DNA from: Candidatus Methylomirabilota bacterium
GTDB taxonomy: Bacteria; Verrucomicrobiota; Verrucomicrobiia; Limisphaerales; SXQI01
Assembly (NCBI GenBank): GCA_035627835.1
Contig: DASPKX010000147.1
Span: 8,964 to 72,963, forward strand
Direction: 5' to 3'
DNA: 64,000 nt
Position numbers and translations under genes: made by a program. The notes below the pieces were generated by a model. The model saw only the letters and a program-made list of their open reading frames with translations, ran no database searches and was not told the origin of the DNA. Shown here piece after piece: positions 10,412 to 16,725 of this stretch (positions within the stretch are counted from its first letter, which is position 1; the number at the start of each line of letters is the position of its first letter).

Positions 10412-11221
10412 GTGAACACCGCGCCAGAACCGAGGAAAACCGCTGACCAGATCAGAGAGCGCTTGCAGTGTTCCGCCAAGCTCGCAGTGGTGCTCGGCAG
10501 TGGCTTTGGGAAGCTCGCCGAATGTGTGGCGCAAGCGCGTTCAATGGCCGTGGCAGAGGCCGATGGCTTCGCGCCCGTGAACGTCGTTGGGCATGCCGGT
10601 CGGATTATTTGTGGTGAACTAGCAGGGCGGGAAGTCCTTCTGCTCGCTGGCCGGGCGCATTATTACGAAGGCCATTCCATGGAGCAGGTCACCTTCCCGA
10701 TGCGCGTTTTGGCGGAGCTGGGCATCGGAACGGTCCTGCTGACCAATGCCGCTGGCGCGATCAATCCTGCGTTTGGCGCCGGCGACTTCATGGCCCTTTC
10801 CGATCACATCAATTTCATTGGTGTGAACCCCTTGGCTGGAGTGAAAACGGAACGTTCGCGCTTCGTCGATTTGACTGAGGTCTATGACAGCAATTTGCGT
10901 TCTTTGCTGGTGAAATCAGCCCCACCCGGAACAAAGGTTCACCAGGGTGTTTACATCGCAGTGAGCGGGCCAACTTACGAAACCCCTGCGGAAATCCGCG
11001 CCTTCCGCACCTGGGGAGCGGACGCGGTCGGCATGAGCACCGTGCCCGAAGCTATTGTCGCGCATCAGTGCGGAATTCGAGTGGCAGCACTCTCGTGCCT
11101 CACGAACAAGGCGGCTGGAGTGGCTGGAACGAAGTTGAACCACCAGGAAGTTCTGGCTCAGGGTGATAAATCCAGCAGGGCAGCTTGTGAGATTATCGCT
11201 GCGTTTGTGGCGGGGGCTTAG
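10412..11221 (+). CDS. punA: Purine nucleoside phosphorylase (family 2)
   Basis: VVLGSGFG, GRAHYYEG, TNAAG, GPTYETPAE, GMSTVPE and TNKAAG. Start estimated at GTG 10412. Confidence 0.9.
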   Translation: MNTAPEPRKTADQIRERLQCSAKLAVVLGSGFGKLAECVAQARSMAVAEADGFAPVNVVGHAGRIICGELAGREVLLLAGRAHYYEGHSMEQVTFPMRVLAELGIGTVLLTNAAGAINPAFGAGDFMALSDHINFIGVNPLAGVKTERSRFVDLTEVYDSNLRSLLVKSAPPGTKVHQGVYIAVSGPTYETPAEIRAFRTWGADAVGMSTVPEAIVAHQCGIRVAALSCLTNKAAGVAGTKLNHQEVLAQGDKSSRAACEIIAAFVAGA

Positions 11222-11256
11222 GAAACACACGCAAGAAATAAGCCATAGCGACCTTT

Positions 11257-11751
11257 TTGGTATATGCATTCACAAGCGCGAAAGTTCCTTGGCAAGCGAA
11301 CGCTCTTGATCGCGGTTGTCTTGACTTTCAAGCAGCGATCCTCTGCTCCTCATGTAGGAAAGACCCAGACCGCAAGCAGCTTCATGCGGTTATTCATGCG
11401 AAACACGTTCTTAATGCCGGCTTGATCGATATGGCCCTCCATGAGCATAAAACGATGTCCGCACTCATTCTGTCACTTCATACCAACACGTCTCTAAAAT
11501 GGGCTTCTCAAGAGACAAACACCTCGTTCCAGCTACACAGCGACCTCTCACGGTGGCGCTTTCCACGCAAGTACCCCTCGGAAGTTGCAGTAATAGCCAC
11601 TGTGCGCGAGCCCGACCGAGCTTTCCGGGTCAGCATACAGTTCAACGGAGAAGCGAGGTGGGGTGACGCTTCGTTCGAAGCGCTCACCAACCTTATTACC
11701 CTGAACTTTGAGAACAAGCGCACGTCGAGCTTGGGTGCCCTTAAATTTTAA
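11257..11751 (+). CDS. Hypothetical ORF (may be spurious or a remnant) in lower-GC DNA
   Basis: Longest ORF of the segment (164 aa) but no recognisable motif, and composition is atypical for the window. Confidence 0.25.
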   Translation: MVYAFTSAKVPWQANALDRGCLDFQAAILCSSCRKDPDRKQLHAVIHAKHVLNAGLIDMALHEHKTMSALILSLHTNTSLKWASQETNTSFQLHSDLSRWRFPRKYPSEVAVIATVREPDRAFRVSIQFNGEARWGDASFEALTNLITLNFENKRTSSLGALKF

Positions 11752-11806
11752 AGGATGCCAGCCTTTATCAGGGTGTTGGGGAAATGACCGCCGAAGGGGG
11801 CCCCGC

Positions 11807-11844
11807 GAGCAACGGCAAGTGTTACTTGTCAGAGAGATAACCCC
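11807..11844 (-). repeat. Degenerate copy of the transposase-upstream element end
   Basis: 11807-11829 GAGCAACGGCAAGTGTTACTTGT matches 13837-13859 at 21/23 positions and continues to ...ATAACCCC, like ...TTGACCCC. Confidence 0.6.
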
Positions 11845-11987
11845 GTGGACGTCTTACTGTTCCTTGGTGCTTGGAAATTAATCGTGCTTCAGTTTTCTTT
11901 TTAACATGTCCATGGAAACAGTCGCGGCTATTTGCGGTGCGGTGGCCGGTGCGATTGCCACGGTTCTACTCGACGAGAAGCGCCAAT

Positions 11988-12009
11988 GGGGTCAACTCTT
12001 AACATTTAA
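11988..12009 (+). repeat. 22-bp element end, extra copy
   Basis: GGGGTCAACTCTTAACATTTAA, identical to 12806-12827. Confidence 0.92.
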
Positions 12010-12032
12010 AAGCAAACAAACAACGATCGAAT

Positions 12033-12578
12033 ATGAGACTATTACTACTCTCTGTGTCAGGGCTGCTTATAGTTGTTTGCAACGCGCAGGCTCAGTCTTC
12101 AGGGGTCAGGTTCGAGACGATGATCCCTGGCTTAGTGGACGCGCCAGTGTTACGTCCAGGTGGTGAAGGGGCGGGAGTTGGCTACACAGCTGAGTTGGTG
12201 GTGCTTACCGGTGGAAGTGCCACAGTGCTTACTCCTGTGACAACTTTCAAGAGCTCAAGTCCTATGGATGTGCCTTACGTTAACCCAATTGATGTGCAGA
12301 TTCCAGGAGGGCTGCCGGGGCAGCAGGTGACGCTTGCCTTTCGTGCATATGAGTCGGCTGCGCAGTCTTACAATACGGCAGCTTCGACGACATTGTTTCT
12401 ACATGGACAATCCTCGCCAGTTACAGTTACTTTACGATCGGCAGATCAGGGCCCTGTTGAATTAGTCGGCCTTCGGGGATTTGTGCTAACAGTGCCTGAA
12501 CCATCAGTTGTCTCAGCAGCCTTCTTGGGGATTGCTCTTATTGCTACTCGGTTCCGCACGGGCTTCCTTCGGATCTAA
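12033..12578 (+). CDS. PEP-CTERM surface protein
   Basis: N-terminal signal peptide (MRLLLLSVSGLLIVVCNAQAQ). C-terminal VPEPS, then a hydrophobic segment and basic tail (TRFR). Confidence 0.88.
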   Translation: MRLLLLSVSGLLIVVCNAQAQSSGVRFETMIPGLVDAPVLRPGGEGAGVGYTAELVVLTGGSATVLTPVTTFKSSSPMDVPYVNPIDVQIPGGLPGQQVTLAFRAYESAAQSYNTAASTTLFLHGQSSPVTVTLRSADQGPVELVGLRGFVLTVPEPSVVSAAFLGIALIATRFRTGFLRI

Positions 12579-12588
12579 GCTTACAAGA

Positions 12589-12620
12589 GTCGTTAGAAGC
12601 GGCCCGCCGCGCCTAACGAC
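12589..12620. terminator. Hairpin downstream of the PEP-CTERM gene
   Basis: GTCGTTAG...CTAACGAC 8-bp stem with an inner GCGG/CCGC pair, ~10 bp after the stop codon. No U-tract. Confidence 0.35.
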
Positions 12621-12767
12621 CCTGATCTAGTCCGGATTGGTTCTGCGGGTTGTCATCTAGTTAATCGACCCCACCTCTCCTTGGCTAAGGTGATAAGAGG
12701 CCCCGCTTCCGGTGTGCACCAGCGTTCGCGCGCGGACGCGATAACCTTTCAGGCCGACCGGAGCTGA

Positions 12768-12817
12768 AGTGTTCGCCAGTGGGGTCAACTCTAGTGTTCG
12801 CCAGTGGGGTCAACTCT
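12768..12817 (+). repeat. Perfect 25-bp tandem duplication covering flank plus element end
   Basis: AGTGTTCGCCAGTGGGGTCAACTCT occurs twice (12768-12792, 12793-12817). Confidence 0.92.
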
Positions 12818-13873
12818 TAACATTTAACAGATGCTTCATTTGTTTGAGCTTCTGCTGCTCCTCTGGTGATTTGTTTAACACTGCTTCGTATCGTTTTAAG
12901 CACATCGTCAGCGAAGCGCCACTGCCCAGCCCAGCCCCTTTGACCAGTTCCGCAGTCGCAAACCCGCCTTCCTTCCGGGCCAGCCACAGAGCCCTGTTGC
13001 GTGATCGGTCTCCATGCCGCTGGCAAAGCTCCTCCCATTTGCCTCCCCCAACACGCTCCGCTGCTTGCACAATCTTGTCCCAAGAGAGAGCGACCCTCTC
13101 CGCAGCGCTTTCCGCCGCGCCCGCAATGGGGTTTCCTAGAGCTTGCGCGCGCACCTGAGCCCACGGTGACTCGATGATCTCGTCTTTTATAACACTCTCG
13201 ACATAGGCGCGGTAATTGTCGGCGGCCAATGCCCTGCGACCGCCGCCGAGCGCCAGCACCGAGTCACGGCAGAGCCATGCAGGCGCTGGCGCCCGTCCGA
13301 TATATGCCCGATATGAACTCCACGGAAACTCCTCCAACTCTCGCAGGCGCAGCTCCGTCTGCCCAGGGTTCGGGCTTCCGGCTCCTATCTTGCGGCCTCG
13401 CTGGCTTTGCTTGCTCAAGCCCAGGCGCGCCACCCGCACTGGGTTCAAGTGGAGGTATCGGCTCAAGGCCAACCCCCACTGCAACGGCTCCACAAGAATG
13501 GATTTAAAGCGGCCCTGAAACAGGTGCCCGGAGCGCCTGTGCTTGCGGTTAAACCACACACTATAGCTGACGTTCAGCCATTGGCAGGCGCGCCCAAGGT
13601 TTGCGCGGCGTGTCTCCAGCAGCAGGTGGTAATGGTTGTCCATCAGCACATACGCGTGAATAAGCAGGTCAAAGCGGTTCGGAAGCTCAGCAAGGAGTCC
13701 GAGAAAATGAAGGCGATCGACGTTGGTGCGGAAGATTGGACGCCGCTCATTGCCACGCGCAGTCACATGATGCCACGCTCCCGCTCTTTCCATTCGCCGC
13801 TGCCGCGCCATTGGCCAGCAGCTTGTGCCCGCCAACGAGCAAGGGCAAGTGTTAATTGTTAAGAGTTGACCCC
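12806..13873 (-). mobile_element. Y1/HUH transposase element bounded by 22-bp inverted repeats
   Basis: Left end GGGGTCAACTCTTAACATTTAA (12806-12827) and right end TTAATTGTTAAGAGTTGACCCC (13852-13873) match 21/22 as inverted repeats and enclose a single transposase gene. Confidence 0.85.
12810..13811 (-). CDS. RAYT-like Y1 transposase with C-terminal DnaA-C-like helical extension
   Basis: HHVTARGNERRPIF, HUH motif MDNHYHLL, GHLFQGRFKS, catalytic Tyr in RYLHLNP and WSSY. Start ATG 13811. The stop codon lies within the left inverted repeat. Confidence 0.93.
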   Translation of the reverse strand: MARQRRMERAGAWHHVTARGNERRPIFRTNVDRLHFLGLLAELPNRFDLLIHAYVLMDNHYHLLLETRRANLGRACQWLNVSYSVWFNRKHRRSGHLFQGRFKSILVEPLQWGLALSRYLHLNPVRVARLGLSKQSQRGRKIGAGSPNPGQTELRLRELEEFPWSSYRAYIGRAPAPAWLCRDSVLALGGGRRALAADNYRAYVESVIKDEIIESPWAQVRAQALGNPIAGAAESAAERVALSWDKIVQAAERVGGGKWEELCQRHGDRSRNRALWLARKEGGFATAELVKGAGLGSGASLTMCLKRYEAVLNKSPEEQQKLKQMKHLLNVKS

Positions 13874-14111
13874 TTCTGTTGGACAAAGTCCTGCTCAGTG
13901 GTGATGTCGAAGTACTCGGACATTGAAGCTCTCCAGAGGTATCTGCGGCCTTCGAAAAAAAGCGATGCTTTTTGCTTTTGGTCCATAGCACCGGATTCAA
14001 CGACGAACCCTTCGAAACGAGTTGGGCGCTTCAGAATGACTAAGTCAGAGGCCATATGCTAACTTTTCTGCTCCAATTGCCGGTCCAATGGGGTCCATTG
14101 CTCCAAATGCC

Positions 14112-14342
14112 GTCAACTCTTAACATTTAACAGATGCTTCATTTGTTTGAGCTTCTGCTGCTCCTCTGGTGACTTGTTTAATACTGCTTCGTATCGTTTT
14201 AAGCACATCGTCAGCGAAGCGCCACTGCCGAGCCCCGCCCCTTTGACCAGTTCCGCAGTCGCGAACCCGCCTTCCTTTCGGGCCAGCCACAGCGCCCTGT
14301 CCCGTGATCGGTCTCCATGGCGCTGGCAAAGCTCCTCCCATT
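14112..14342 (-). pseudogene. Truncated second copy of the transposase 3' end plus element end
   Basis: 231 bp aligning without gaps to 12809-13039 with about 10 substitutions (manual count). Confidence 0.9.
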
Positions 14343-14447
14343 AATGGTCCTGGGGCAGAAGGCCGACGCAAAACGGCTTGGCATCAACGGACGTACGCCG
14401 GTCGAGTGGGGCACTGGAAAGTCGCGCGACCGCGAGTATCTTATCGC

Positions 14448-15590
14448 ATGGCGGTGGGGACAACGGATAAACCGAAACGGAAACGCTCAACCCTCCCCAA
14501 ATCCCGCAAACTCTCCCGCGACGCTCAGCCGCAACCGCTGACTTCCAACCTGCCGCTGACGAACTCGCAGATTGCGGAGCTTCTCGCTTTGGAGGGAGAA
14601 AAGGCGGAAGGGCATGTTCGCAAAGCTCTCTACCGGGCGGCCCATGAGGCGTTTGTTTGGCCGGAGGAAGCGGCGCTCCTGGTCGCGCACGAGCAACCGC
14701 TCACTCAATTGCCTGCTGTAGGCCCATTCATCGCGAAGACCATTAAGGCGTGGGTGGAAGCTCCGCCAACGATTCCCGAACCGCCAGTCACGCGGCGGCA
14801 GTTTATCACCCTGGCCGAAGCTCGCCGGGTCCTAGCAGCGCATCCTTCCTGGCGCGACCGCTGCAAGGGTGATCTCCAGATGCACAGCACGTGGAGCGAT
14901 GGCGCCGGGAGCGTGAGCGACATGGCGCTGGAAGGGATGCGGCGCGGCTATGAGTACATCTGCATCACGGATCACACGAAGGGACTGAAGATCGCTGGCG
15001 GTTGCGATGAATCGGAGATCGCTCAGCAGGCTGCGGAGATCGGGGCGGTCAACGCGGAGTTCAAGCGGGCGAAGAAGAACTTTCGCGTGCTGCATGGGGT
15101 GGAGATGAATTTGAGCCCCGACGGCTCTGGCGATATGGAACCAGCCGCGTTGAGGCAGCTGGATCTCGTGCTCGGCTCTTTTCATTCCGCGCTTCGGGTG
15201 AAAGGGGATCAAACGGAGCGTTACATCGCGGGGTTGCGCAACCCGCACATTCAGGTTCTCGGGCATCCCAAAGGGCGGGTTTATAACTACCGCGAAGGTC
15301 TGGTGGCCGATTGGCGGCGAGTGTTTGCCGAAGCTGCCAGACTTGGAAAAGCGGTGGAAATTGATGGGTATTCGGACCGGCAGGATATGCAACTGGACTT
15401 GCTGGAGATCGCGCGCGAGGAGGGAGTGCGGGTTTCCATGGGCAGCGACGCCCACGCGCCGGGGCAAATGTTGTTCCTGGAGATTTCGCTGGCCCTCGCG
15501 TGCCTGGCTAAAATTCCCGCTGAGCGGATCATTAACTTCATGCCCCATGAGGAACTCGCAGCGTGGGTGGAGCAAGTTCGGGTCGGCTGA
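14448..15590 (+). CDS. PHP-domain protein with PolX-like N-terminal HhH region, no polymerase core
   Basis: PHP motifs DLQMHSTWSDG, ITDH, GSFH, GHP and GSDAH. N-terminal NSQIAELL...LPAVGPFIAKTI resembles the PolX 8-kDa/HhH domain. Confidence 0.85.
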   Translation: MAVGTTDKPKRKRSTLPKSRKLSRDAQPQPLTSNLPLTNSQIAELLALEGEKAEGHVRKALYRAAHEAFVWPEEAALLVAHEQPLTQLPAVGPFIAKTIKAWVEAPPTIPEPPVTRRQFITLAEARRVLAAHPSWRDRCKGDLQMHSTWSDGAGSVSDMALEGMRRGYEYICITDHTKGLKIAGGCDESEIAQQAAEIGAVNAEFKRAKKNFRVLHGVEMNLSPDGSGDMEPAALRQLDLVLGSFHSALRVKGDQTERYIAGLRNPHIQVLGHPKGRVYNYREGLVADWRRVFAEAARLGKAVEIDGYSDRQDMQLDLLEIAREEGVRVSMGSDAHAPGQMLFLEISLALACLAKIPAERIINFMPHEELAAWVEQVRVG

Positions 15591-15691
15591 AGTGTGATTG
15601 AACAGAATCACGATGGCGCTGCTCTGATAGTAGTTCACCGGATTTGCTGGCTTTCTCAAGTGGTCTAGCATAAAGCCGGTGTGGGACCGAT

Positions 15692-16231
15692 ATGGCTGAT
15701 GACGTTTTGGAGGCCGAAGACAGGCCGCAACGCCGGGTGCCTTGGTGGCTGGCCCTCGTGGTGGGCCGTAATCCGAAGCGAACTTTCATCCGCTTAATCA
15801 TTTGGGTTTTTGGGTCGGTGCTCATTTTCAAATTTGCGCTCGCTCCAATCCGCATCCGCGGGTTGAGCATGATGCCCACCTTCCGAAACGACACCATCCA
15901 CTTCATCAACAAGCTGGCCTACAAGCGCGGAACGCCGCAGCGAGGCGATGTCGTTGCTGTGCGTTTGGCGGGAGACAAGGTGCTGCTCCTCAAGCGCGTG
16001 GTCGGGCTTCCTGGGGAAAGGGTCGCCCAGGTGAAGGGACGAATTTTCATCGATGGCGAGCTTCTGGAAGAACCGTGGGTGTCGCGGACTTCCTTCACCC
16101 CTCGCGGCCTCAGCTCGCGGGGCGAAGAGCAACTCGGGCCCAATCAATACTTCGTCACGGGAGATAATCGCGAGATCTCTGATTTTGGACCTGTCACGCT
16201 GGATAAAATTATGGGCCGCCTCTGGTTTTGA
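15692..16231 (+). CDS. lepB: Signal peptidase I (S26)
   Basis: TM segment, catalytic Ser in GLSMMPT, catalytic Lys in LKRVVGLPGE, and GDNR motif. Confidence 0.9.
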   Translation: MADDVLEAEDRPQRRVPWWLALVVGRNPKRTFIRLIIWVFGSVLIFKFALAPIRIRGLSMMPTFRNDTIHFINKLAYKRGTPQRGDVVAVRLAGDKVLLLKRVVGLPGERVAQVKGRIFIDGELLEEPWVSRTSFTPRGLSSRGEEQLGPNQYFVTGDNREISDFGPVTLDKIMGRLWF

Positions 16232-16725
16232 AAAAGCTCATTCCCATCATTCTTCTGTTGGCCTTCGCCGTTGGCGGATTTTTTGGGTGGAAGGCTTACA
16301 ACTCGGACGAGCGAAGGATCACCCGGAAGCTGCAAGCTTTGCCCGAATTGCTGACGTGGAATCCGCGTGACGGGAACATTGTCCGCCTCGGACGCGCTAA
16401 CAATCTCAAGGAAATGCTGGCGCAGAATATCACCATTGAGGTGAACGTCGGCCGGGGCGAAGTGAGAGGCATTGAAGGGCGGCAGGAGGTTTATCAGGCG
16501 CTCTTGGCGGCGCAGAGTTCGGGCATGGCTTTGAAAGTGGAAATCCCTGCGATTAAAGCCACAGTCACCAGCACGGAAGCGGCTTCAGCGGAACTCACAA
16601 CTTTCCTCTACGTCGGCAACGATAATCGCGAGCCCTTCCTGCAGGAACTCGCGATGGAGTTGGTGAAGGTCGAGGGCGAATGGCTGATCAGCAAGGTGCG
16701 CACGATTCGCACGTTGAGCAATTGA
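16228..16725 (+). CDS. Membrane-anchored hypothetical protein, possible NTF2/SnoaL-like fold
   Basis: N-terminal hydrophobic anchor and a C-terminal LVKVEGEWLISKV pattern typical of NTF2-like proteins. 4-bp overlap with lepB. Confidence 0.65.
   Translation: MKKLIPIILLLAFAVGGFFGWKAYNSDERRITRKLQALPELLTWNPRDGNIVRLGRANNLKEMLAQNITIEVNVGRGEVRGIEGRQEVYQALLAAQSSGMALKVEIPAIKATVTSTEAASAELTTFLYVGNDNREPFLQELAMELVKVEGEWLISKVRTIRTLSN

Noticed and set aside
12589-12780. Integron attC-like signals (GTTAG...CTAAC, and GCGGAC...GCTGAA...GTTCGCC) after the PEP-CTERM gene
   Set aside because: The core sites are in the wrong order or lack a matching inverse core, L-box spacing does not fit, and there is no integrase in the window. 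Best read as a simple hairpin.
12768-12830. CRISPR-like repeats
   Set aside because: Only two directly adjacent 25-bp copies with no spacer and no cas genes. Explained by the element end.
12810-14000. 396-aa version of the transposase ORF
   Set aside because: The N-terminal 63 aa cross the right inverted repeat into flanking DNA. The family-typical start MAR...HHVTARG is at 13811.
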